A program made the position numbers and the translations under genes. The notes under the pieces were generated by a model. That model worked only from the letters and a program-made list of their open reading frames with translations. It was not told the origin of the DNA and did no database searches. A stretch of DNA of 64,000 nucleotides, from assembly GCA_047495785.1 (NCBI GenBank), contig JBLDXI010000011.1, positions 1,054,001 through 1,118,000 of the forward strand, read 5' to 3'. Positions 49,531-62,287 of the stretch are shown here, piece by piece (the stretch's first letter is position 1; the number at the start of each line of letters is the position of its first letter). Source of the stretch: Lepidodermella squamata. Its lineage: Eukaryota > Animalia > Gastrotricha.

Positions 49531-50560
49531 CGGTCCGAAACCGGTTTGGCCGTAATAACGGTGATGGTATGGTTTTCCGATGTCGGTATTTGCAAAAAAT
49601 TCGAAAAGCGCTTCAGCAAGCAATATATTCCTATCGACCTGTTCAATTACAATCGGGCAAACCTGGTCTACCAAGTCGTTCATGTTCAGTTCTCCTTTGA
49701 TCTTGGGTTGACCTCGAGACCATTGGTTGAATTTCGGCGGCGGTGCTTGACGAGTCGGTTGGTGAGTGTGAGTGATCTCAGCAATATGTTGGCGAATTTG
49801 TTCGCGAAGCGCATCTCTGGCGGCGACGTAAGCCGGGCATTTGCGATAAGCCGCCGTGTGACCTCCTTCTTTACAGTTCGAGCAGAAGCGTGTTGATTCG
49901 TCGTTTTTTGTTTGACAGTCCGAGTACTCGTGATTACCAGCGCAGTGTGCACAACGTGGCGAAGCAGCTTTGCACGATCGGTCGAGGTGGTCGTAGGCCT
50001 GGCACTTGCCGCAGCGGGGAACGTGCGGGTCGGGCCGCAGAAGACGGCCTTTCAGAGCCCGTGAGCCTAACTCGAGTTTTCCGTCAACAAAGTCCTTCGC
50101 ATCCTTGGCTTGTTTGAAAATCAAAATTACTTTTAGCTTCGGGTCCTTGAGGTCCTTTCGAGTTGGAATAGCATCGTCCAATTTTTCAGCCCAGCTTCTC
50201 TTCGTTTATATCAATCCATTTTCCGTGAAGAGCTCGTAGTAGCGGCAGGATCGATGAACTCGGATGGCTTCCCCAAGAGCGCCCTCCGGCCAAGACTCAC
50301 GATTGAGAAGATCACGATTCCGCATCACGTTCCGATCGGCAGACTACTCGAACACCTCCACGGTCCAGACCTTGAGCGATTTCAATCTTGATTCGAGGGG
50401 AAATTGTAGCGAATTCCTTCTCTGTGCGTTCTGCCGAGTAATCTCGAGGTAGATTGTCAATGTGAACTTCTCTTGCTTCGCGGGCTTTCTGAATATTAAT
50501 TTCGTTTTCGCTTAAAATCTTACCAACCGGTTTTACCGGTAATGAGGCACCACTGCACCA
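49513..50560 (-). pseudogene. LINE ORF1 (gag-like) remnant with three zinc knuckles
   Basis: RCGKCQAYDHLDRSC, CAHCAGNHEYSDC and CSNCKEGGHTAAYRKCP are typical of Jockey/I/R1-type ORF1. The upstream part is disrupted and its boundary is approximate. Confidence 0.8.
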
Positions 50561-50944
50561 CTTAGCTGGCGTAACGGAATGCGATCCATACAGCTGCCTG
50601 TTCGGTGGACCCTGTTGCTTGGAAGATAGACGTCATTACAAAGAAAAACGATTCCTTGAGGTTTCGACACTCGTCGGGTATCTCTAATTCTTCTCCTGAG
50701 GTAAGATCATCAATGATTTCGATCATTTCGTCCTCATCTTGGAACAATAAAGCGTCCGAGTCGGATGAATCGCCATCCTCTTCCGACATTTTCAGGTTAG
50801 GCCCTAGCTTGTTAATTTAGAAGATAGGGGTTAGAAATTAAGAGAAGAAAAAATTAATGAATAACAAATTTGAAGCGGATTTTTTGATGGTTTAGCGATA
50901 TCATAGTACATAATACTTCAAAAAGTAGGGCCAAGGAACCATAC

Positions 50945-50981
50945 ACCGACGCGTTTCGGCTTTTTTTGCCATCTTCAGGGT
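50945..50981 (-). ncRNA. Minimal type I hammerhead ribozyme motif (orphan)
   Basis: Minus strand: ACC-CUGAAGA-U-GGC(aaaaaaa)GCC-GAAA-CGCG-UC-GGU. Canonical core, GUC cleavage triplet, palindromic CGCG stem III, and ACC/GGU stem I. Confidence 0.8.
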
Positions 50982-51029
50982 CTAACAAAGAAATTTACAA
51001 AATCAATTAAGCTAATTTCAGATGTCAAC

Positions 51030-54000
51030 TGTTGGAAATAATCGCCCACGATTTGCGTCATATGGATTTGACTTAACTTTTATTGCTTTGTCGTGTATAA
51101 AAGATTAGTGGCTAATGGCCACTAAGGTATTAGGCCAATGGCTTTGAATCCTATATAAGGCGAATTAAATTAAATAAATGTTTATCCTTCTCCAGAATCT
51201 GAGTGGACTTTTTACCTTATTTTCTATAGGTTATGGGCGTATAGCTGCGCTATTTGTCTTCATTTCTTTTCGCTTTTACTCTAAATGACTTCCACCCGTA
51301 ATTTAGAGTTTACCATTAAGCTCACCAGCGCGGAAGAATTTCCGCACTGGAAGCGTCGTTTGCGCGCGATTGCTCTTAAAGCGAATTGCTGGGAGGTAAT
51401 GATAGATGAGACTAAGTCTAAAAATCCAGCCAACGCGGAGCTATGTAAAACGGCTTTTGCGATGATCATGACGTCTGTCTCTGACGATCTATTGCATTTA
51501 ATACCTGAAGATATTGATAATCCTCAGGTCGCCTCAAAGCGCTTACAGACCACTTTCAGCCCTCTACTAATGTAACCAAAAGTACGTTGAAACACCGCTT
51601 AACTGTTACGCGAATGCGAGCGAGCGATCGCATTGATGAGCACGTTTCTCGCTTAAACATTTTATTCTCGCGACTTGGCGCAATAAATTCTCCTGTTTCT
51701 GAAGATGATAAATTGCTTGCTCTCACGTCTAGCGTGCACCCAAAATATTGGCACGCCCTGACCGCCATCGAGATGGCCAAAGGGGAGTCGCTAACGTTTG
51801 ATGGGTTGTATCAAGCGCTAGTGGCAGAGGAACTTCGCCTCAATCTCCGGGCTGGATCGAAGACGGTCGGGGAAGGCTCTCCGCTTTCCGACGCAGCCAC
51901 AGCATTCCGTGCAACTTATGCACGAAAATTTCAAGGCACTTGTCATTTCTGTGGTATCTATGGTCATAAGGAAAGGGATTGTTTCAAAAAGAGATCCACT
52001 CAAAATTCAAAAAATCGGAACCATCAAAACCGATACCAAAATTCGTCCCAATCCCGTTCTCCTTCTCAAGGCAACAGACGGAATAATGGCAGAAAGCATT
52101 TCAAATCTCGAAAGAATGCACACTTTGCGCAAAACCAAAACGTCGGTTTAATGATGATTTCGGGATTAATCGGATCAACATATGGTGGGGATTTCAAGCA
52201 CTTGTGGGTGGTTGATAGTGGGGCTTCCGACCACATGACAAACAATCGAGAAAATTTGCTCGATTATCACTCATTTTCTTCACCAAAATTGATCACCATT
52301 GGGGACGGAAATTCTGTTGAAGCACTCGGTGAGGGCAAAATTCAATTTCAAGCTGGCAAGAAAGAAATTACCCCGAATCGTGTTTTGTACATTCCTAACA
52401 TTGCAGCCAATCTGATGAGTGTCCCATCGGTTATGCGTTCCGGGGGCTCTGTTAAATTCAAGGGGTCAACTTGCCATGTGAAGGGACCCAGTGGGGCCTT
52501 ATTGGTGGTAGCTAAACTGGATGGGGGTTTGATGGTTCTCCCATGGTTACCCAAGACGAATTTTTCTTTTGTGGCAAATGATAATTCTCATAATTTGTTG
52601 TGGCATCGTCGTCTTGGCCATACTAACCACGCTACTGCTCGTTTTATGTGTGATCACGAATGTGTGGAGGGACTTGAATACAAGAAACAAGAACTTGGTT
52701 TCTGTGAAAGTTGTGTGAAAGCTAAAATTCACCGTTTGCCGCATCCTCCACGTGAAATACTTGCTGCGCGAAAGTTTGAACGCGTTCATTCCGATATCTG
52801 TGGACCCATGCCGGTCGAATCTTTTGGTAGAAAACGCTATTTATTGATTTTCATCGATGATTATTCGCGCTATGCATTCCCATATTTTATTCGTTCGCGT
52901 TCCGAAGTTTTTGCTAAATACAAGGAATTCGAAGCGATGGTACTGCGTCAGTTTGGTTGCCAAATAGGCATTTTTCGCTGCGACGGCGCAAAAGAGTATC
53001 TTTCCGAAGAATTCTCGGCGCATCTTAGAGCTCAAGGCACGCTTAGAGAATACACTGTTGCCCATACTCCGCAGCATAACTCTGTCGCCGAACGCTATTT
53101 TCGCACTGTTACTGAAATGACGCGCGCTATGCTTATTCACGCCTATATGCCAAAACGTTTTTGGGCTGATGGCTATGCTGTTGCTGTGTATTTGCGGAAT
53201 CGCATTTTGACGCGCGCTACGGGTAAAACGCCCTATGAACTGCTTTATGATGCTGTTCCCAGTTTGAAGCATCTTAAGGTTTTTGGCTGCAAAGCATTCG
53301 CGCATGTTGTTGAACGTTTTCGTGATCGTTTTGATGCTAAAGCTCGCGAGATGATTTTTGTTGGATATGCCACCGAACAATTCGGCTACAGATTGTTCGA
53401 TCCGACTAATTCGAAATTTTATGTGCGGCGAGACGTTACATTCAATGAAGATGATTTCTATTACAAGCCTGATGAGCCTACTGTTGTTGTAACTCCGAAT
53501 TATCTCGATGATTTTGATGATTTCCCACCCGCCGGTGCGGCTTCCGGGGGTGATACTAACGATTTGAATGCCACCGAGGCAACCACTCCTGCTGAACTTG
53601 ATGCTTCAGATCTAACATCTCGTGATTCTGCTTCAGGGGATGATTTTGATTTCGTTCCTACTTCTCATTTGTCGAATTCAACCGACAATATTGCTGAACT
53701 TGAGCGCGGTGTAGCCAATAACACTGTGATTGTGTCTGCGCAACCCGAGGGGCTTCCTGATCCTCCTCGGCGTAAACCAGGTCGTCCGCGCAAAATTCCT
53801 CCTGGCCAGAGGTCTGTGCATGACGTTTCTGTGAGAAAGAAGGCGGCAGCTAAGCCTTCCCTGCGCGTACAGCCTGCTCGTACTTGCAAGAAATCTTCCT
53901 CGGTGTCCCCTGCCGAGGCTACTAACCATTCATTTAACCATGTTAACGAGGATGACGATTTACCTTCGGCTCATGCTTTTCTTACCGTTGCTTGCCCTGT

Positions 54001-55167
54001 AGAGCCGCGTACTTACTCTGAAGCGATTGCTAGCCCTGATTCTGATAAATGGCTTGCGGCTATGCAAGAAGAAATGCACTCTCACGCTGAGCATGGTACC
54101 TGGGTTTTGATTCCGCGCCCTTCTGGCGAATCTACCGTGGGGTGTAGGTGGGTACTGCGTGTTAAGCGCAAAGCTGATGGCACTGTTGAGCGTTATAAGG
54201 CTCGGCTCGTTGCGCAAGGATTCACGCAGCGCTACGGCGGAAATTATCTGGATACTTTCTCTCCCGTTGTGCGTTACGCTTCCATTCGTGCTGTTGTTAG
54301 TTTTGCGATTTCCCAGAATATGATTCTGTGGCAATGCGATGTTAAGACTGCGTATTTAAACAGCGATGCCGATTTTCGCATTTTAATGGAGCAGCCACCC
54401 GGTTTTATTGATGGTGATCTTCTTCCTAATGGCAAAACTGCTCTTTGTTGCCTGATCCGTCGCGGAATTTACGGGTTACGCCAAAGTGGTCGCCTATGGC
54501 ACCTCAAATTTTCTTCTGTCTTGTTATCTCTTGGTTTTACTCGTTCTATGGCTGACCCATCCGTTTTTATTTATCGCGTGGATGGTCTTTGCACTTTAAC
54601 TGTGTTTGTGGATGATATTTTGGCTGCTTGTTCTTCTCAAGAGGTTCTTGATAAGCTGAAATCCATGCTTACCGCGCATTTTCCCATTTCTGATCTTGGT
54701 CCGCTCTCCTTTTTACTTGGCGTGCATTTTACTCGCTCGAAAGATTGCATTTACCTTAATCAACGCCAATATCTCCTCAAGATTCTGGAGCTTTTTGGTC
54801 TTGCGGATGCTAACCCTGTTTCTACTCCTTGCGATACTAACCATTTGTTATCGAGCGATGCTTACGCTTGTTCCGTCGACAAAAAGCTTTTCCAGCAGAT
54901 GGTTGGAAGTTTGCTTTATGCGTCGACATCTACGCGGCCTGACATACGCTCGATTTTTCGCTGTGCTATTCCGCTACTCAGCCTGCACAACTCACTGGCT
55001 TCTGCGATGCGAGTTGGGGGGTGAGGTTGACCGCCGTTCGACCACCGGTTACGTCTTTACTTTTAGCGGTGGACCGGTCGCTTGGTGCTCCAAGAAACAG
55101 CGCTCTGTTGCCCTCTCATCTGCAGAAGCAGAGTACATAGCTTTTGCATCTGCGTGTCAAGAAGCGT
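51030..55167 (+). mobile_element. Ty1/copia LTR retrotransposon, 3'-truncated (putative LTR 51030-51228, PBS 51229-51238)
   Basis: TGTTGG start and GGTTATGGGC copia-type PBS. Gag CCHC (CHFCGIYGHKERDC), protease WVVDSGASDHM, GAG-pre-integrase LWHRRLGH, integrase HSDICGP..CDGAKEY..AER, RT YKARLVAQGF..FVDDI, and RNase H RRSTTGY..SSAEAEY. Confidence 0.95.
51285..55167 (+). pseudogene. Copia gag-pol polyprotein with a frameshift near 51560 and deletions/frameshifts after ~54950
   Basis: ORFs 51285-51575, 51587-55024 and part of 54696-55232 give the domain order PR-IN-RT-RH. Confidence 0.9.
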
Positions 55168-56330
55168 CGAGCGCGTCGAGCCACTCAGGCCGAAAGCAGG
55201 TGACCCCGTTAGCTCGATCGACAAATACGTAGCAGAGTTCACCGACACAGTCCTCCAGGTCACCGATGAGATCGCGCCGAAACGTCAAGCCAGCAAGTTG
55301 CCCACGTTTAACATGAACGCAGAAATCGGAACTCTGCTGGACCAGCGCAACCAACTCCAGCGGCTACACTCTAGTACCAATTCGCCCAGGGTAAAATCAG
55401 AAGTTAATCGCCTCAGTCGGGACATGAAACGCCCGATTGGCCTCGAGCAGGCCAAGAAATGTGAGAGGAATTTGCGTCTTATGGCGAAACGTTTCAGAGA
55501 GCAGCAACAGCAAAGTCAGGCAGCCTGGCGCTTGCTCGCGGCACAGCTCAACCGCGGCATAGGAAGCTAGGAGCGCTTGCAGATAAGAGATCTGGAGCCA
55601 CAGTTATCGAGGACAAGGCGAAAGCCGAGCTTCTAGCTGCTTCTTTCGGGAAAGTCGTCTGTGGCGCCCCTCGCACGTCCAAGCGCCCGGAAGCATTGCA
55701 TTCTGGCAAAAAACCGAAAGTATGTGGCGGCTGATCCACTGATGAAGCCGCTCGACAAGGTTCCCAATGCTCTCCCCATCTCGATATCACGTCTCCAGAT
55801 GCGAGCCTTGCTGCGTCGGCTTAAAAACAAAGCTCCCGGTCACGATAATGTCCTGAATGTCCTAATCAAAAACGGTGACCCCACTTTCCGGAGTCATCTG
55901 AAGTTCATCTTTGAGCTATGCACTGGCTTCATGCCCGCAGGTTGGAAAATCGCGATCGTCGTACCCGTACTAAAGGAAGGATTCATACCGCCCAATCTCT
56001 TCACTACCGGCCTTCAGCAAGTTACTGGAGCTACTCGTCACCCTGTTGCTGCTGGAATACCTCGACCAAAAGCGTCTGCTTCCCGATCATCAATATGGTT
56101 TTCGCCGCCTACGTGGTGCAGTAGACCCGCTGTTTCGCCTAATTAGCGACGCGGCCCTGGCTATGACCAACCATAGCAAGCTGATAGCCGTGTTTCTAGA
56201 TTTCCGTGCCGATTTCGATACAGTTTGGCACGCCGCCTTATTGCAGAAAATTAAGGATTCTGGAGCCCCCGAGCCAATTGTGCGCTGGCTGGCGAACTTT
56301 CTAAGTGTTCAAGTTCGCGTCGGTGAAGCT
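55168..56330 (+). pseudogene. Degraded non-LTR (Jockey/I-like) ORF2 reverse-transcriptase fragment
   Basis: KAPGHDNVLNVLIK, WKIAIVVPVLKEG, LLPDHQYGFRR and AVFLDFRADFDTVWH across frameshifted ORFs. Confidence 0.85.
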
Positions 56331-57966
56331 AAGCCCTTAGAGCCCGCTTCTATTCTATTCATCAGTGCATTAAGCTGTTCTTGTAGCTTTGAAGTGGCTG
56401 TGATTATGCAACAGAGTGTGTGGATTAGCTGCCACTCACGTCGCGCTGCGAGTCATCTTGCTTTTTTGTTAAACTTTTCCATCAGAAATTACGCCAGTTT
56501 ATCAGACAAAATCAGCAATTCGTTTCACTAACTATAAAAATGCCCGTCAATCTTCCATCTCCTTGATTTGCAGATTTTTCCTCAGGTCTATTGCTGATCA
56601 ACTAAAAGAATCATCTGAATTGCCCTGATATTTCATTTTTTAGCTTATTCCCGGCCAGAAAATCTCTTGAAATTTACCAGCATTATTAGCATGATCAAAT
56701 TAGGATATAAAATATGAATCGTCTTTTATAGGGAAACTGAAACTTCAGTTTTTCCCAATTTTCTTCCCGGCTGCGTTGCGTAATCATGAAGAATCCCGTC
56801 CTTGTTTTAAGATTTAATTTCGATACACGGATTATTCTCATAAAATTAGACGGATTTCATTCGTTCCAGTTGTCCTGAGTTATTGGAATTATTAGCCGAT
56901 TCTCGATAGACCATTAATTCGATGAATTGATTCGGAGAATCCGAAAAAAATTATCTCGAGGTCATGGGACGCACCCTACCTGCTCAGGTAAGCCACCTTA
57001 CCTGGTTTTTTCGATCCACACCTGTCCAGGGTTGTGTTTTTTAAGTTTGGTTTGTTTGGTCTAATTTGTTCGTTTAGTATTTTCGAACAGGTACGAAGCA
57101 TCACATGTGGCTTGTGGCGTGTGAAGAGCGGGAATACGATGTAAGAAATTAGGTTGAAGTTGATCAACATTAATATTAGATTTTCGTTTTTATGCAAGAG
57201 GACGATTTTTCTCCAAGTCCAAGGTTAACGCGCAGTGGCATTAAAAGCTTGCCTTCGAATCAGAAATCTGACCGTACCAAGCGAATCAGAGCCAGAGTTT
57301 CAGCCATTTCCAACATAAATCGTAGACAGAAGCGTTATAATATATTAAATTTCGTCAGAAAAATGTCGGAAAACATTCCCTCAATGGAATTTGTCGATAA
57401 GGTAATCGCAGCTTGACTTCGTAAGTTTATTCAGCGTGATATTCGTCAAAAAAATAATTCATCCACTTCCAGCGACTCGGCAACACCACGGCTGCACTCA
57501 ACGACCTTAGCACGAAAGTGCAAGCCGACGCCGATGCGGCTTATATAATGCCAGATGTCATTCAATCAAATTCTTCAATTTTTTCCCTGTTATCCATTGC
57601 GTTCGCTATTTTAGCACTAGGATTACAGTACGCAAAATTCTTAGCATGTTTCTTGTGTTTCAGTCGCCTAATTGGATGCATGAAACCCAAAAATAGCACG
57701 TCTGACATTAAGGACGTTGAGTGCAGCCGTGGTGTTGCCGAGTCGTTTCGTTTCAGATACCAGATCGTCGATTAGTCGTTCGAGTTGGATAGTCAATTGG
57801 CTATTTTTTCCAGCATCCAGTATCTTCAAGAAGGCGACGACGAGTCGTTGTATTTTCACTTCAATGTGTAGTTCGCGTTCAACAGCGCTCAAGGTCGAGT
57901 TGACAATTTCCAGTGTTTTCTCTTCGTCGATTGCCAAGTTTTGTATCTCCTTGACGGCGCATTTTC

Positions 57967-59248
57967 TCAGCACAGCTTGTGACGGAGCCGGACGCTGCCT
58001 ACGCCTTGGACATTCAAAGTAGTCCCATTGCCAACTGTGACTTTAATACTGTCGTCGCATGGCTCCAGCGTAGTGAAGTTCGCAAGGTCGGGTGACATAT
58101 GAACAGAAGCGCCGGTATCCAGGAACCACCTGTCGTCATGGGGTGCACCATGGGTTCTCACCATGAATCCGAGTACGAATTCCTCAGACTTGGCCGAGTC
58201 CGAGTCGTTTCTCGTAGCAACTTTCGCGGAGAAAGACTTTCTGCCGCCCGGACGCCCCTTGCCATCATAAGGCTTGGCGCCGCGTGTGTTGGTATTTGGA
58301 GTGCGATTTCTGCAGTCACTTCGCTTGTGGCCGGTTTTGCCGCAATTGTGACACTTTCCTTTGAAACCGGAGGCGGCAACGAAAGCCATCTCCGTTGGGG
58401 CGTTATCCCGTCCTCGTGTCAACGTCCATTCTTCTGCCATAAGAGCCTCCTGGCATTGACCGGAAGATAGTTTCTCCTTGTGCCGTAAGACGGTTGCGAT
58501 GGTGCTGTATCTCGCCGGTAGGCTTTGTAGAAGGTACTCGATCTTTTGTTGGTCGTCAATGGCCTTTTCAATTACGTTGAGTTGGGCGACAAGGCTGTAA
58601 AGCCTTCGAACAAGATCAGTAATCGTTTCGGAAGACCGCATCTTAAGTTCCGACAATTGTTGTTTCAGGTGCGTGGCCCGAGAAGCGGATTTGGCCTCGA
58701 AATGAGCCGTTAGGGCCTCCCAGGTCGTCTTCGGAGTGGCGCATTCGGCAACCAAGTAGAGACATTCCGGGGCCACCGCTTGGATGATATAATTTTTTGC
58801 TTGGTGAACGTTGAGCTGTATCGCAGCCTTCTGGTCCGTAGAACCTTCGATGGTAGGCTCGGATTTTAGATAGTCACGCATGCCCTTGCCATCCAGGTGG
58901 GCCAGCATGTATGTCTTCCATGGGATCCAGTCTTCTAACGCCGAGAGACGGAAGACCGGCTTAGAGGTGGAAACCGTGAACATAACCGGGGAAAATAAAA
59001 TGCCGAAATGAAGAAAAATGAATGAAGACTACTGAAAAGCAGGGCCCAAAACCTGACAGAGTTGCAGTGAGCAGTTTATGAAAAACACAACGAGTGGTAT
59101 TATAACGCCTTATTTTATTGTGTATAATACCGTGTTTATATAGTGGAGTCTGGGCATGCGTATGATTCGGGACTCGTAGGTGACATAAGTAATTAGTAAC
59201 GCGCACGGGGGCTCTTATTATTATGAGAGGATTATATTATTTCTGACA
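57967..59248 (-). mobile_element. Second Ty1/copia element, 5' portion only (LTR 59248-59054, PBS 59053-59040, gag-protease 58983-57967)
   Basis: Minus-strand LTR TGTCAG...TGTCA (195 bp), followed by GGTTTTGGGCCCTG. ORF has LLQSLPARY, CHNCGKTGHKRSDC and WFLDTGASVHM, and is truncated within the protease. Confidence 0.92.
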
Positions 59249-60355
59249 CGTTTCAATCAACTCGTTTTCGCGCACAGTACTAAACCTTGTCTCCAGTCTT
59301 TTGAATTACGGTTTGAAAAAGTGGCGGTTATTCCACGTTCAAGGGTAAAGAGTTGAGGTTGATGCAGACAGGTGACCGTAATCAGGAATAAAAAGATCTA
59401 AAATTATCATGATTGCAAATGAGAATAAAAAGCTGCGGCGCATGATAGCGAGTGCGATAGTAAGAACATGCCACGTGCGCGATGATGATGAGAATCGCGC
59501 GCACGTGCGTTTATGGGTTGCAAATTTCGCATGTGCGCGCATTAGCGATTGCAATTTCAAATTTCTCAGTGAGAATCATCAAGAATTTCTACCCGGGTGG
59601 ATTACGATTCATTGACCCTGTAACAAAAATAATCTTAGCATCACCATATCGTTAACGACGCGCCAAAACAACCACTTAGATGACTCATTCGATCGTACTT
59701 TTAGTCGCCTAACGTAATGGTGAAGTACGTCGGGCCTTTTGAGCACCGATTTTATCCTAATTTCGAACGTACTTTCCTCATTAAAATATCTATAATTAGT
59801 AAAGTGGTTGTTTTGGCGCGGTGCTAACGATATAGCGACAGTGTCGAAATTCGAGTTTTTTGGGGGATCTGATTTCATCTGATCCACCTATACGTAACGA
59901 AATGACCAAAAAATAACCGCGGTAAAATACGGTAAAACATTTTGATGCTGGATCTATCGAGCTACCAACCGAGCACGAAGAGACAATATACAGAGACAAT
60001 AGATTATTATAGATTATTAACTAATTAATTTATTGAGTAATAATAAAGCGCGGTGTTTTCTATAGCCTATGCTGTTTATTTAATAGCAACAGCTGTTTTC
60101 GTCCTTGCACCATTTTTTAAGCAGCGGCCCGTTACAAAGCCAAAAACAGGACACCTTTCACGAGAGTACCGTATTGGCAAGCCATTCCGATTCTTTATTT
60201 TTGTTGAAATTATTAGTTCAACAAGAATGCATTTCTTTACACGGTTTATTGTTAAAGCTACTAACAAAATCAAGTGGCGTTTCATTGATTAAACATGTTT
60301 TTTGCCCGAAATTACCAACCGCTTGTTGAGTCGTTTTTGGAGCGATTTTTTCTAA

Positions 60356-61691
60356 GGGTACGTTTCTTTATTCTCAACAGATTTTGTTGAAAACAAGGCA
60401 AAAAACAGAGACCATTTCTTTATCCATTTATGTTAAAAACGATCAACAGTGCGTATTTCTTTATTCTGATTTTGTTAGTAGCAAAAACAATAATCAGAGG
60501 CATTTCTTTATTCGATTTTTTGCATTAACAAAATCTCGTTTATCAAATGAAGCACTCTGATTTTGTTATTATATTAAATCAATAAAGAAATAGTTAGCTA
60601 TGTAACTGCTATGGCGACCTGAGAAGTCAATAGAATCGGTAATATTTTGACAGGTTGAATAATTTGGCCTTTGGCCAACTGAAATTTCAGTCGGTATTGA
60701 GAGTCATAATGTTGCGATCGATTAACTTTTCAATTGTTCAAATAGGAAATCAACAGGAAATATTGCAAATCAGCGCGTTTAGGCTATGATATTAAGTGTC
60801 GACATTTCAGCCGCGTCAAATCAGCCCGATGTGAAGCGCTCGGCCAAATCAAGACAAAAATGTCAGTTTTTCAGACTCGAAGGTGGAGAAAGCTCTCTCG
60901 CAATAAAAAGTTTCTCTTTTTGGCGACATTTTCGCAGGTGACAAATAAGCAATCAAGCCTAACTTATTATAATATATCACTATGATCCGAATTGTTACCG
61001 ACGGCCACGCTCGTATTACTCGCATTTTAGGCCTTAAAAATAGTTAATCTTTTGCAAAATATTTCGTTCATTTGACGACGTTTCAGCTAGCGACAATAAG
61101 GCATATTAGCCGAAATTTTATCAGAATTTGATCAATTTCATCCGAACTTGAATAAAACTTAGCTCGTAATTCGTCTGTCAATTAAGACTGATATTTCCCT
61201 ATTGCTGGACTGTCGCCAGCGCAAATGTCGCCCAATAGCAATTTCGCATTATTTTGCACCTGCAATATCCTCAAATTGGCACATAATTAATTCATATTAA
61301 AAAAATTGTCTGCGGTTTTGTCGCCAGCTGAAATGTCGCACACCCATATATTAATAGGTATGTTGGCTGGCCTAATGAATCATCATAACTTGGAAAAAAT
61401 TAGCAGAAAATCAGTTATTTTCTCATTATGCCTTCGTTGGGCGGGTCGTTGATGCGTGCGACTTAGAAAAAATCGCTCCAAAAACGACTCGGTAAGTTGT
61501 TGATAATTTTGGGCAAAAAACATGTTTAATGAATGAAACGCTAGCTGATTATTATAGTAGCTGCAACAATAATCAGAATAAAGAAATAATTTCTGGTTGA
61601 ACTAATAATTTCAACAGAAATAAAGAAATGGCCTGTTTATGGCTTGTTTTGTTAATAATTTCATCTCTGTTGGAGATAAAGAAACGCACCC
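60356..61691. mobile_element. PIF/Harbinger (Tourist)-like non-autonomous element
   Basis: TIRs GGGTACGTTTCTTTAT / ATAAAGAAACGCACCC with TAA on both flanks (3-bp TSD); repeated internal ATTTCTTTAT motifs. Confidence 0.7.
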
Positions 61692-62287
61692 TAAGTCCTA
61701 CGCATTAAGACCCAGCCCAGCGAAGGCAAAAAAAGAAAATGACCTAAAAAATGAATGTGACAATTTGAGAATATTACGAATGTAAAATAGTGCGAAATCG
61801 GTATTCGGCGATATTTGCGCTGGCGACAGTCCAGCAAGGGACAGGTCAGCTTTAATTGACTGTCGAAATCTCAGTTTTAATACAAGTTCGGATCAAATTC
61901 TGATAAAGTTTCCGCTAAATTCCTTCATTGTCGCCATCTGAAATGTTGTCAAATACTTAAACGAACACTTTTGCAAAAGATCTATTAATTTTAGCGTCCG
62001 AAATTATTTCCTCCTTTCCATCGTGGACTGATTTGACGGGGCTGAAATAACGGGGAATTAGGTGGAATTAATTCAAGCGATGCCGTAAAGATTCGTACCA
62101 TGGTGATAACATTTTAATTTTAATAAGTGGGGATGCATTGCTTATTTGTCACCTCCGAAAATGTCGCCAAAAAGAAAAACTTTATATTGCGTGAAAGTTT
62201 ACTCCACATTATATAGTCTGAAAAAGGATATTTTTGTTCTGATTTGACTAAGCGCTTCACATCGGGCTGATTTGACCCGGCTGAAAC
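60805..62287. repeat. Diverged ~430-bp inverted repeat pair (60805-61230 / 61810-62287)
   Basis: For example TCAAATCAGCCCGATGTGAAGCGCT vs AGCGCTTCACATCGGGCTGATTTGA, and TTGCTGGACTGTCGCCAGCGCAAAT vs ATTTGCGCTGGCGACAGTCCAGCAA. Confidence 0.75.

Noticed and set aside
48904-50181. ORF1 and CR1 tail as one intact LINE
   Set aside because: The endonuclease and RT core are absent, and unrelated sequence plus a microsatellite lies between them. The 180-aa ORF 48904-49446 is a chimera of fragments.
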